DNA from: Balanoglossus misakiensis
Taxonomy: Eukaryota > Animalia > Hemichordata
DNA: 64,000 nucleotides
Direction of reading: 5' to 3'
Assembly: GCA_040954595.2 (NCBI GenBank)
Contig: CM082585.2
Span: 5,543,808 to 5,607,807 of the forward strand
Each line of letters begins with the position of its first letter. The first letter of the stretch is position 1. Below, piece by piece: positions 25,084-45,183 of this stretch. Under the pieces are notes generated by a model that saw only the letters and a program-made list of their open reading frames with translations, made no database searches and had not been told where the DNA came from. The position numbers and the translations under genes were made by a program.

Positions 25084-27016
25084 TCATTAAATCACAAGAA
25101 CATTAGTCCTTGTATAAGCCCTGATTCTCATGATTCTACCATGCAGTGGGCAGCAGCGATAGAGAGAACAGTTAACAACGCACATAGAGTAAATAACAAA
25201 CAAATGGAAGGCAGTCTGAACTGTTAGGCTACATCGTAAAGTCAAGAACGATAGTTTAGAACATTTAGCCTATCAGAGAAAGTCGATCAGGACTGCGAGC
25301 TGAAGACAGAATCAGCACTAGTTGATGTGATGTAAATTTAGTTGACGATAAGTTTTACATGAGAGAATCACATGGAATAAATTGAAAATATATAGTCTCT
25401 GTTGATAAGCAGCCTACACCGGTTTCATGTATATGGTTTAGGGTTGTCGATAAATTCGAGCAGGAAACTGCTGTAGATACAAAATATAAATGCTGGAAAT
25501 ATCGCCGAAAGAAAGTGACGAATTGGGCTGGTAAAGTAAAGAGACGGTCAGATAACAAGTGATTCGATGAAGAAGGTTTTTAAAAGTCGAAATCTGAGAG
25601 CAGTCTGAAGCAAGTATTATTCTACAGCCAATAAAAGAGCTAAATCCCCGGGACAGGTGACCGTACGGTACAGGTATAAACCACGGTCCCATCATTGATG
25701 GAGCGACAATGTACATTTTGTATGACAGTGTACATTTTGTATTTTGTATACATATATTGCGAAACTCACGTATTGCGACATCATCGTACTACGCATCCTA
25801 TCTTAACCTAAGAGGGCGCTATTACATTCCCTGTTGGATTATAAGTCTTTTTGAATGTCTGACATATGGAAGATGTTGCGAAATGCTGTTTTTATAGTGG
25901 CTCTAAACACCACCATAACCACTAAACAAAATATCAACGTAGCAAAGTACACTGGGACAAGCTGCTATCAACTCGATCTTCGTTGACCCTGGTATAACGA
26001 CATGTAAATCAGACGCAATACACGAAGTGTATTGTGGAAGTTCGAAGAAAGAAAGTAAACATAGCTTTCATGGCTTTTAATTACATGTAATAAAGAGCGA
26101 TAGAAAAAAGTATGATATTTGCGCTGTACTAGCCCATTGGTTATAAATATTATACGTAGGGCTAGTGACAACTTCTAGTTGAAGTTTTCGTTACTTTATA
26201 GTGAAATGTGCTATAAAAGTCGTTTTTCTCTACATAACTCTACATAAATATTTTTAAAAAGTGCTTCAATTGAGTTTAAGCTTGTATCTAGTCTGGCCTG
26301 GGAATAAAAACGAAAGAATTGAATAACTTTATGGGGGGGGGGGTCATTTGAATGCTACTCCACAGGTGGTCGTGCATTGACTATGATGACTTGTCAAGTT
26401 ATTGTTTCTGTATACCTGGGCCTACGTGTTCCCTACCACATCACCAAGTGCGCCATTATATTTTCTCCAGATGCCGTTGTTTTGTCTGGTCACGAAAATC
26501 CACTGCTTTTATACGAACGGCTTTAAAAAAATTGTACTGTCACAGTACAGAATAATTGTCTAATCGGGTTATTAAAGAGTGCGTACGCGCGTGTGTTGCT
26601 AAAATGAACTGTTTCTCGTCAGTGCTGTAGGCCTATGCGATCAAGAACAACATGCACAAAGTCATGTCCGATTTTCCGCAAAGATTTACACATCCACCCG
26701 CAAGGCCGCTTTTTGTTTTCCAGGTTGTTGTCAACTGCTCCGAGTCAAACGCGTGTAGACCTATCATGCGTCTGACCAGGAGCGGGTCGGCACCCGTAGG
26801 CCGATTTCTGTGGATAATCTTCGCCTCTTTTCGGTTATTGTCTCGAATCACTTTCTTCAACATATCATGAAAAAAAGAGTTCTTTGTAACACGGAAGGAC
26901 GACAAAACGCCCCACGCACTACAGACCCGGCATGACCCCGAGCTCGAGGGCCTAGACATAAATAGAGATGTAGGTTGGCGGACAATGAACTACATTTGTA
27001 TTACTATAAAGTTGAA

Positions 27017-27139
27017 TTACGTCACCAGAGTCATTGACCAATGAGCGCAACAGAGGGTTGGGCAAGAGTGACGCAGTTTCGCAACACTCAGAGGGGGATA
27101 CCTTATAAAGGGGAGGGCGTCGGAAATTTCAGTTATTTC
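27017..27139 (+). promoter_or_regulatory. Upstream TATA/Inr promoter of eIF4A (exon 1a)
   Basis: CRE-like TTACGTCA at 27017 and TGACGCA at 27069, CCAAT at 27038, TATAAAG at 27104-27110, Inr-like TCAGTTATTTC at 27129-27139. Confidence 0.6.
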
Positions 27140-27210
27140 GAAATACTCAACAGATCAGATAGTCGTGCACTTGTGTTTGAACATATTACCGAAACGTTCC
27201 ATAATTTGCT

Positions 27211-27395
27211 ATGAGCAGATACAATTACGAGGACCATTACTACAATAACAGTTACCATAGTAACGATAGCAGCGGCTCTGGAAGCTCCTCTTCCTCTGAA
27301 TCGCCGTATCTCGGTAAAAAGAAACATTCTCGAAGAAATCACAGAGAAGGGGGAAGATATGGATACCGTGATGATGGTTACATGTATAAGCCCAG
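27211..27395 (+). CDS. Alternative first coding exon 1a of eIF4A (Y/S/R/G-rich N-terminal extension)
   Basis: ATG at 27211, 185 nt open, donor CCAG|GTGAGA. Phase 2 ending in AG, the same junction as exon 1b, so it splices in frame to exon 2 at 29821; predicted 488-aa isoform. Confidence 0.65.
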
Positions 27396-28304
27396 GTGAG
27401 AAAGGCGCGTGCGGTTTTCACATCACAAGCTCCATGGCCGGCTTGTGAGCAAGAGTCCGTCAGACAACTTTTCTGCGCAAATTAATTAGTTTGCTAAACA
27501 CCTCGATAAAGTCCAAGCCGGTTAGAACTTACCCGTCAGACTTGTGCTGGACGCAGTGAAACGTTGCTATGACAACGAACACAGTCGAGGCACTTTTGTA
27601 GCGATGGATTGCCAGGCACATAGCCTACGTGTTTGTATGCTCAATCACATCATTTTTATATTAAAAAAAAAAAGCAGAGAAGGCAAAAATTAATGTTAAG
27701 AAATTATGTGCGTCATTCTGACTTTGTATAATAGTTACTAATATTTTCAATTTAAATTTCTGTTTGGATTATAAATAAACTATTAGTTAGGCGCGCGTAT
27801 CATTTAAAACTAAATGAGTTAAACATATCTTGTGTGCTTCGTGTATTTCTGAAGATGCTATTGCTGATAAATAATAATTCTGCCTTCAAATGTTATGTTT
27901 TTGATAACTTGACGTCAGAGTCCGTGTACTGCGTAACATCCTGTATGACTACACGTTGTTTTTCCCCGATTTACTTTGAATTAGAAGTGGGCGGTCATGA
28001 TTTGCGAAAGCGCGTCATACAAGAACGAAGGTTGCGCAATCTGGAGGGGCCAGTGCGAGAAACCCCGTGCAGGTTAACCGTTTCACCAAGTGAAATAAAC
28101 CTTCCGCATCAATGAAATACTGGTGCAGAAAAATTAAATTTGATAGTTTATGGCCCAAATTGTAGAAAATAAATTAAAAAATCAAGTGAATTTACCAAAG
28201 AAAACAAACGTTGCGTAAAAAGAGGGACTTTATCGGAATGACTGGTGGTTAAATGATTACGCGGAAGAAAGTAGTCCGTGTCAATGTGAACTAGACGGAG
28301 AAGT

Positions 28305-28339
28305 TGTTCCCTCTTTCCGGTGCTACTTTCACAACTAAG
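28305..28339 (+). promoter_or_regulatory. TCT initiator / 5'TOP tract of eIF4A (exon 1b)
   Basis: TTCCCTCTTTCC ~27 nt upstream of ATG 28340; ETS-like CGGAAG at 28262; YY1-like CAACATGGCGG at 28534 in intron 1. Confidence 0.65.
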
Positions 28340-35695
<7,356 letters not shown>

Positions 35696-37530
35696 ACAGA
35701 TTGCGTGACGTGTTTTCCTCCTCCTGATATATTCTATTGGCCAGCGTCGGTTTCGTGTATCGATTTTTTCCACTGCGTATTCAGATGCGATTACTGTGAT
35801 ATATAAAACGAGTCTAGAAAGAGAGAGAGGAAAACCCAAAACGTATATTGCTGGTCTCTGGCAAGATATTTTGGCTCACTTGTGTCAGGGCAGTCTTGTA
35901 TCTGCTCTTTAAGAAACAACCGTGACAGACGGTTGGAGATTTTTTCAATATTATAGATAATTATTATACAGTATTTTGTGCAGGCCGCAGATGGGCCCGT
36001 GAACTTGGTGTGTATAAAAACAATCTTGTGAAAAGTAGTGATAACAAAAGAGAGGGTAAGACTTCTGTTACATTTTTGCTGTACCTGTATTGTTACTGGC
36101 GTTTTTGATATTGCTCTATTTAAGGAAAATTAATTAATGTATGGTAATTATTCCGTGAGGAGTAATTACTCTCTGTGACGACCCTAAAATATTTCCTCTT
36201 TAGTAGACGAGCGGGTAGTGAAATTTTCATTTTCTTTTTTGCATAAAACATAATAAACCACTGCACCTCCTGGGGGTCAGAGGTCAAAGGTATTTTGTCA
36301 TTAAATGAATATGTACGTGTATTGTTTTGAAGAAAAACCGAAAATGCGCACTGGTGCCAGGCATTACAGAATGTGTAGTAGACGGCTTGATGTTAATATA
36401 AAATTACCTCTGTGTAAAATGTTCAGCCCTAGGTACATTAAAAAGTTAATTTACTCATGGAAACTTTGTCTGCTAGTCTATGAATGTTGTGTGTGCAGGA
36501 TACTTGTGATGGATGAGCTCACAATTTGAGCATGTTACTACTGGGTGTTCACCGTCTTGCTTACATGAAAATGGCTACGGCACTTTAAAATTTTCTCCAT
36601 ACACTTGACTAGATTGGCGGCCATTTTGAATTTTAGATAATATTCCGTGAATCAAAATTTTGAGAGAATATCCTGACGTAGCCTTGAGCAAAATATGAGA
36701 AAGTTTAAGACTTGACTTTTGAGGTGACAGAGGGGAGGTTTTCCATCCCCAACGGCACCTCAGGCCGACTCGAAGATTGTTATAGTAGGTGTTGTGCTGT
36801 CAAATAGGGTCTGGTATGCGCCATTCAGCCATATTGGCAAATCTGGCATTTAGTGACATAACTGATAACCCCCCCCCCCCCATGAATCCTGGTGTATTTA
36901 ACAAAATACATGATTAGATCATGTGAGGAGGCCACCTGATTTATAATCCTCTACTAATGTGCATTTTGCACTTGTCATTTCATTGAGGCAGCTGTATTAA
37001 AACTGAGAATGTCAATTTCCTGTCAGAAGAAAAACGTCCCATGGACATCTCTGAAAGGAAATGCCACTATCAGTCAAGAAACACTACGGTCCATTAATTA
37101 TTAATGAGTCAATGTTTTACTTTATCACTTTTATTATTACAAGTCAGCTATACGGAGACAAGAAATGTTCTGCAGAATTAGTCTCAAGAGGGCGCTGTAT
37201 GCAACCATTGAATGTAAGCTCCAGGAGTTGGCCATGTCAACTGGTTTTTATGGGGACTTGCGTGGTTTGGTTACTTTTAGACCACCAACCGAAAACCGTG
37301 AGAACCACTTCTAGCTGGATACGACATCAAATATGCAGAAAATCAATCGCAACATCAGCGAATGTTTCACTGACGTTTTCCGCGCCGTTTGTGAACAAGT
37401 CCTCGTGTCATTCCGGGATGACACTACAATTTCAGGGCAGTGGATAATGCAATGTTTGGGGCAGTGGATAATGCAATGTTTGAGTTTGGAGTAACAGTGG
37501 TCAAATATAAGAAAAAAAGAAAAGTTGAGA

Positions 37531-40500
37531 TCATTCTCCGTGACAGAATTGCTGCATCATTACCGTACAAACATCCATAATTTGTAAGTATTCATCGGCA
37601 CCGTCCGACAGACGCTTGTCGACAACAGCGAGGCGCTCGGCGATGATCGACTTCTGTTTGTCTGTAATGTCAGGTTTCTGGACCAGAATGTCGTGCATCT
37701 GAAAAGGTCAAAAAGAAGTGAAAAACCTTTATTTATTGACATGGACAGGAGGAAAATCACAAAGAACAATTTTGATTTGACAACAATGTGGCAAAACCTG
37801 GACTACAATGCAAATTGTGAGCCTTACTGACCACATGCCTGGCCATGAGGGCTATAGCATGCATCTATTGCCCCATAAAGACAACTACAAGACTACCATA
37901 AATTCTGGAACTCAGTCATACCTGGGATATAATTTGCGCTGCTGAGTGGCCCTCGGCCATGATCTCCTTCACATTGTTTTCCAGCTTTTCGTACGAATCA
38001 CTGTAGCACACTGCAACCAGTTCGTCAATGAGAGTTGCCGGTATTATCTGTGTGTGGAAAGATAGAGGTCGCCCTTTAAAATCCTGCAGTAATGTTTACT
38101 TGAGCAACACTGCCAAAGTTTTGAAGTTTACCTTGAAAAAAAATGTTTTTGACTGAAATCAGACAATACAATACACATTCATGTTTGAATCACAGACATT
38201 TCTAAGAAGGTGAAAAAAAACATTTCTCTACATTACCCCAGCTATTTCAAAGACGTCGTTTTCTGTGATTCCCTCCTCACTCTTCAGCCGGTGGGCGCTC
38301 TGGAGGAACGTGATGGCTTTCCGAAGGTCCCCTTCCGAGGTAGTGACCAGGGCTTGCATTGCCTGTGGGATAAACCAATAATGCTTGTAACCTAATAGTT
38401 CTGTTTTCTGTTAAAAAAACTGCTGCAAACATGCTCTGAGAAGATTACTCTTATTATATGGAGATGAGTCGTGAAAACCAGTGAGATTTGGTGCATTTTA
38501 GGGGGGTTCCAACTGCCAAGTTGTACCTAAATACATGTACGTCAAAATTCTGTATATGAACCATGTCAAGACGTTCAAAATAGGTTAAAGTGTATACATG
38601 GTGCAATACCACATTTTAACTACTTGGTAGTACCCCGGTAAGAGGTTTAATATGACTAGCTCAAAAGCTTTTAGTAGTTTTCTTCTGTATTAATAGTTAC
38701 TGTCATTCTAACCCTTACACTACAATGGTTCAGTCCAAACCTATTGTTACCTATGGTAAGTTTGGACCTCTAACGAGGGAACTGGGGGTGAAAGGGTTAA
38801 GATTTGACCATACCTCTTCAGTGTAGGTAACATTCTCTTTCTCAGCAATCATCTTCAGCCTCTCTTGCAAAGTAGACGTCGAGAGTGGTTTGAAGCGAAA
38901 TTTGGAACATCTGGATGTGATAGGCTCAATAATTCTGTCAAAAAAGCAAAATAAATAATGTAAAATTATAAGCCCCAGACAAGAACATGAAAAAAACTGC
39001 TCTCAAAATACTCGACAGCATATATTTGTACTGAAAATGACATGTTTTTGAAAAGTTGAGTAGTGTAGATATTTCTTGTCCATACTCACCGACTGACATA
39101 GTTACAGATTAGACAAAATCTGGTTGTCTTGGTTTCTTTTTCCATTGTTCTCCTCAGTGCAGCCTAGTGACAGAATAAAATATTATTTTTTCAGATTAAT
39201 ACGATAGTTTGCGCTGTAGAAATGTTGACATTTTTCTGGGCTGCAACAATTCCAAAATAAAAGACTCATTCACATGTTTTAATATGGTAAAGAATTGATA
39301 AATTTGGAGGACTGTCATCTCTCAGAAAACCATAGCCTTAGATTTGTATTACCGGTACCTTAAGAGCTAAATGACCCCCAAACATCAAAATGTCAATATC
39401 TGTTCCCTTTGCATTTACTGTCAGCATAGTTCAGACACAACTCAAATTCACTTGGTAAAAGGCTCAATGAAACGTAATAAATCAACATCAGCTTTACATC
39501 CTAAGGTCCGGCAAAGCTGACACGTTCTACATCAGTTCATAAATTCTCTGCTCTTTTAATAGTTTTTGATTTCCTGAAACATCTGAAGCTTTTCATTCTG
39601 TCCCACTGACAAGATATGAGGGTTGTGTAACCAGACATTACAGACTGCATAACAGCTTGACATTTCATGGCAAAGAGACTACATTTCGCTGCCATCAGAT
39701 CCAGGTGTTTTCTGTCAATAAATTATTAGGCGACACATTTTCTAAAAATGCCGATAAATCTGCTCGCTTTCATTTCCTGGCAATAACACAGACATTGCAT
39801 TTTCAGTTGATTTATAAATTTATATTATGGTGAAACAAATTTTATATTTCCATAGAAATTCTGTGGTTCTGTCAGCAATGGATATATAGTCTAAGCCCAT
39901 TGTTTTCAGTGTCTTGGGTGGAACTATTTACCAGGAAATGGGGGTGGATGGGCTAAGCACAACAGGTCACAGAAAGTTTGATGGAATAGGTTGATGAAAA
40001 TTTTACTAGGAATAATTATCTAGCATAATGATGGAATTTTTTCCAAAAAATAATTCTAGAATTCCCTCTCCCCAAAAACGCAAAGAACGGATTCAAACGA
40101 CTGACCTGTGCAGCTGATGTCATGGAATCTGCTTCGTCCAAGATCACAATTTTGAAAGCTGGGCATGGTTTTCCACTGCAAGGCAAGATTTTAAAAATAT
40201 ATCAGTATCACCTTACAGTGGTACATGATAGCTAATTTTTTTTTTCGAGTTATTTTGTAAGAAAAATGCAAATTATTATTCTACAATAAGTTAAACCAGT
40301 AATTCATTATACAATTAGAGCTGAATGCCAAACTGACAGACTACAGCAAATGCCAGGATATAAGGTCATGGAGGGGTCATGCAAATGGCCGACTCTTACT
40401 CTGGTCGTGTCCCAGAAGCTGACAGCTGGGAAAACTTTTTCACTTTTTCTCGGATGACATTGATTCCTCTTTCATCAGAAGAGTTCAATTCCAGCACCCT

Positions 40501-41250
40501 GGTCTTGAACATTTCCCTGCAATGAGAAAAGACAAAAATTGATTATCTGTAATAAAAATAACAGTTGCATCCTTGTGCCATGCAATGTGGTGAATTTTCC
40601 TGGGCCATGTTTTTGCATTCAAGTTCAACTGTTTTGTACCATTCATTAGTTACAACATTATTGAGGTAGTGTGGGGATTACTGGTGGATTTTGAGTTGTC
40701 CAACTTACCCAAAGAGTTCTCTGCCCGCAGCTAATATGGTGGACGTTTTACCTGTGCCAGGGGGACCGTAGAACAGTAGATTTGGAAGCTGGAGGGAACA
40801 AACAGACAGCACTCAGTCAGTTGACTTTTACCCATTTAACACAGAGTAAAGTTCCATCTGCACCCAGGAAAATGAACGGCTTGAGTGTATCAAGAGTGAC
40901 ACCCCCTGGATATTTAACTTTCAAACACTGCCTATCCACTTATGTGGAGGGTTGGAGTCAGGGGGTTACTGTCCTAACTGATATGAACCCATCATACATC
41001 AGCAACTACCCCGTACTTACATCTGCTCCTTGTAAAGTTTTCTTGAGTACAGCCACCACTTCATCTTGATGAGCCACTTCATCCACTGATTTGGGACGAC
41101 TGGAAACAAACATATGATACATGCTCAATCTATTTCCCTAATAGAGCTGGCAGCAACAACAATCAAGGAAATATAAATTATTGATTATCACAGTATAATG
41201 ATGATGATGATGCTTAAGTGGTTTTGGTGGTGGTAGGTACTAGTTGTGAA

Positions 41251-41312
<62 letters not shown>

Positions 41313-41352
41313 GGAGGAGGAGGAGGAGGAGGAGGATCTTGTTGTATAATGG

Positions 41353-41390
<38 letters not shown>

Positions 41391-41579
41391 TTGTTGCACC
41401 GTCCACTCATTCATTATTTATAACTTTATTTAGATTGGTGAATAGGCATACTAAATGTCAACTTACTATTTTTCAACCCATGGAGTATTCTGTCGTTTAC
41501 CAGCCGAACTAGTTCCGCTGGGACCCGCTTTCTCTTTCTCCTTCAGCTTGGTACTTCCGCCCTTCAAAAATGCTTGCAT
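37531..41579 (-). CDS. RFC4: Replication factor C subunit 4, 357 aa
   Basis: Exons (minus) 41467-41579, 41021-41099, 40709-40788, 40400-40516, 40106-40175, 39090-39163, 38814-38934, 38237-38362, 37922-38047, 37531-37698 (1074 nt). Starts MQAFLKG; motifs [44 protein letters not shown]. Confidence 0.96.
38708..38800. mobile_element. MITE family B copy in an RFC4 intron
   Basis: CTAACCCTTACAC ... GGGGGTGAAAGGGTTAA. Confidence 0.65.
41197..41390. repeat. Compound (GAT)n/(GAG)n microsatellite in RFC4 intron 1
   Basis: (GAT)20 at 41251-41310, (GAG)8 at 41311-41334, a further GAT run at 41357-41390. Confidence 0.95.
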
Positions 41580-42203
41580 CTTTGACGATCGGAGAAAGTT
41601 TGTCTCCTGAGTAAACTTGGAATTAAAACTCGAAACAAATTCTTTCTGAAAGGAAGATTTGTGAAATTGATAGGCGGCTAGTTTTGTTTCGGAGACACTT
41701 AACACTTGTTCTGTTTTTTCTGTCACTGGACGACACAACATAAGCAATATCACTCAGTATCGCTATCAGGAATACGAGGGGCGATCGTCCGGTGAACTTT
41801 CGACGAGTCCAGTTACGGAGATAGCGAAGGTCGCGTCTTGACAATGATCGAGGTGTGGTTAAGCACAGACGACCTGCCTTGTAGCTGCAAACGCACGAAA
41901 TTTATACGGATACATTCGTCGCTTCACCGGGTCAGCTGCAGTAGTGCAGTAACATATGACTTCCATACAATGTGAAACTTTCCCGCCATTGCTCTTGTGA
42001 CAGTACGCAGGCGCAGATGACTTGAGGTCATCTTAGGTCAAACTAACTACTTCCGTGTGTTGTTTTGTTTCGTACTTCATCACTGCCGTTTCATTAGTGT
42101 CTCGATCTTTCAGTTGAAGAGGCGATCGTTTATTGCTTAGCTTTCTTTTGAGAGGGGAACGTTTCAAGATACAGCTTAACTTTGATCTTTAGTTTTGAAA
42201 ACG
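41580..42203. promoter_or_regulatory. Bidirectional promoter / 5' UTR region shared by RFC4 and GTF2F2
   Basis: Head-to-head ATGs ~625 bp apart; CpG-rich; E2F-type TTTCCCGCC at 41979-41987, NRF1-like CGCAGGCGCA at ~42006, ETS-type ACTTCCG at ~42049. Confidence 0.7.
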
Positions 42204-45183
42204 ATGACCGAGAAAAATGAAGTCGATCTGGGGAGCGCATCGAGGGGAGTCTGGCTCGTCAAGGTAAAGTGTCCGTTTCTCTTTGGCGAAGACAGGCGCA
42301 TGGAGAATGAAATCAAGTTGGAATTTTTCACGTGATTGATTGTGTTTTGTCACGTGGCCAGTAAGATATGGTTCAGACATTGAGCATGGATGATTGCAGT
42401 AAGATAACAACCGCAGGCATCTCCCTCTTCAAAGGGAAAACCAATGGAGAGAGTATCATGCCATTTTATTCTTGGGAATTTAATGTTAGCTGTGGAAACG
42501 CAGCTGTACCGGGGGAGGGGGGGGGGTTATGTTAATTCCCCCACGGCATATCCCCACGGTACAGCTGCGTTTCCACGGCTATGATAATGTATACTATCAC
42601 ACTGTGTATGTTTCATTTCTAACTGTGCCTAAAACAGACAACTTGCATGTACATGTATTGACAAAACTCACCATACCAATGTTCCCCTGAGAATACTTCA
42701 TTACATGTGCAACAATGTTCATTTCACAGGTTCCAAAGTTTGTATCTGAGCAATGGAACAAAGCAGATGGAAAAGGAGAAGTCGGGAAATTACGGATCAG
42801 CAAGTGAGTCATGATTACATTCCCTAAATCATTGTCCAAATTTCCAGCTTTGTGAAGGGACGACTAAAATACATCATAAACTGTTGTAACAAATCTCTGA
42901 TATCTGGATTCTCTTTGGCCAAATTGGGATATGTATATTTTCTGCGAATTTTCACTTCAGATACTAGTAGTGTGTTTTCTTTACAGTGAACCTTGCATGA
43001 GTATTTGTGTGCCAGGTGAAACCACAACTGTCTGTGTTGATGTTTGGTCTTTCTTTCCGCAGAGGAGGGCCCAGAACAGAAGTGACGTTTCTCTTGAATG
43101 AAGATTTAAAGAAAAAAGGCGGAGACACAGACGTCCCGGGAGAATACAAATTTATTCTGTCTACTCCCGGACAGCAAGGTCTGTCTGTGTTCTCTGAATC
43201 AAAATCAGGTGAGAATGGCTTCTATGGTAAATCAGAAAAGCGATGTATAAGTATAATAACATGTATTATATTGTAGTACAATACATCATATGTAAATGAC
43301 TTGTTGGCACTGTTTTTCTGTCATGATCACTACAGAATATCGCATTAGCACACTCTGTTTAATTTTTCAGAAGCATCATCCAGTGGATCACAGACACAGA
43401 ATGAAGACCAACAAACCTCCAGTAAGTCTGAGAAAAAAAAACACAGTTTGTTCTAAAAGACTGAGTGGTTACAAGTTTGTGTGTATAGCTCAAGTAGCTG
43501 TGCAACCCTCGGCAAATTTTGTCGTTCCCCCCCCCCCCCCAGTAATTGTAGTCTACATGAACCCTATACATGCATGTTTAAATGCATTAAGTCAGTGGAC
43601 AATTTTAAATAATGTTGAAGGATAAGGGTTAAAATTAGGTTACTGCTTAACAAAACTTTCAAAAGTCGTTAATATAAAAGGGAATTGAATTGCCAGGAAA
43701 GTGTTCAGTATTTATCAATGGACTTCATTTTCCATTCTTTGCAGCCAAAATTACAATGGAGGGTAAAATAGTCCAGAGAGCAGAATGCCGTCCAATCAGA
43801 ACAGATAGTTACATGAAAATGAAGAAGTAAGTTTTATGTGGGTAATTCCTCACTGAGTCAGATTTCATACATTGGTGTGTGCGTGTACATCTGTGACTGA
43901 GTTTGGCCAAACTGTTCTTCTTAGTTCTGTTCATGGTAGAATATCTTTATTTGGACTGTAGCAACACCTTCATCAGTCATGTGTTGAGCTTTGAATTTCC
44001 TGTACTTTGAGTGAATATTTCTCACCTTTTGATGTATTTGTTGTTGTTTTTTTGTAGGACGTCAATAGAACAGTATAACAAACCAGTGCGCTCCATACGA
44101 CATATAGAGAGAGCCGTTACCACCGTGTACAAACCAGTAAAAGATCACAAGAGTAATGTAAGTTTGGAATTTCTGTGGCTTTGGCAATGTGGTTATTAGT
44201 TTATTTTCCAAAAGAAATTTCAATATCTTCATGTATAACATGACATTGTATCTTCAAACATGATTATTATTTAGACTGATTTTAGAGACATTATATCTTT
44301 AAAAGTATGTATCATTCACTCTGCATTTCGGAGACAGTATGTCTTTAATTATGCTTTATTATTCACAATAGGTTGACTATGAGAGGAAGAAGAAGGATAT
44401 TGGCAAGAGGTCACGAGGAGAGAAAGACCAAGTGATGGATATGCTGTTCAACGCATTTGAAAGACATCAGTACTACAACATCAGAGACCTGCAAATACTT
44501 ACACAACAGCCCATAGTAAGTATGAAATGCCTGGATTGTTTTGTTAGCTGCCATAGATGAATGGGATTGCCACTGTCTACTTTAATTTTAAAGCTGTAGG
44601 TTGCCGAATGTTGATCGTGCTTCATTTGGATATGCCAGAGCTCAGTTTGCTACCAAACAGCGCCCCCTGGAGGTAGATGTAATTCAGATCCGGCACAGCT
44701 GTTTTGCCTGACCCTGACATAACAGCATCTCTTCTCGCCATCAAAATTTTGAATGTACAATCCAGTGTCAAGGAGACATTGTAGAGAAAACCTTAATATT
44801 CAAATCTAGGTAACGTCTGTAAAAAAATTAGCTGTTAATTCTCTCATTGTCACAAGGGGATGTATACATGTACTTGGAAGTTATTTCCTTTTAAAATTTT
44901 GTTTCAGTTCTGTGACCTTTGTTAAGCATTAATTCAGTTGCTAGACAATGCTCATCACAGAGATAATCATTGAACTGAAACAAGATGTCATCATTAAATA
45001 TACCAGATTTTGTGAACTGAAACTCAGTGATTTGTCATTTATTTTTCTCTTTTTCAGACATATTTGAAAGAAATTCTCAAGGAGATCGGCGTGTACAACA
45101 TGAAGGCACCGCACAAGAATATGTGGGAATTGAAGCCAGAGTACAGACACTACACCAAACCAGAGGGATCTGAAAAATCATAG
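42204..45183 (+). CDS. GTF2F2: General transcription factor IIF subunit 2 (RAP30), 243 aa
   Basis: Exons 42204-42263, 42730-42803, 43063-43208, 43745-43826, 44058-44157, 44372-44515, 45058-45183 (732 nt). Motifs GVWLVKVPK, GEVGKLRI, EGKIVQRAECRP, DMLFNAFERHQYY, WELKPEYRHY. Confidence 0.96.
42487..42581. repeat. Short inverted-repeat element in GTF2F2 intron 1
   Basis: TAGCTGTGGAAACGCAGCTGTACCG ... CGGTACAGCTGCGTTTCCACGGCTA. Confidence 0.7.

Noticed and set aside
37435-37482. 24-bp direct repeat x2 in the RFC4 3' region
   Set aside because: Ordinary slippage duplication; no spacers, not CRISPR-like.
38277-38281. Apparent GTGAG donor inside RFC4 exon 8
   Set aside because: The frame continues ([15 protein letters not shown]) to the donor at 38237/38236, matching the expected RFC4 sequence and phase.
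41188-41512. Poly-M/I/S/H/D/R ORFs in the ORF track
   Set aside because: They are translations of an intronic GAT/GAG microsatellite.
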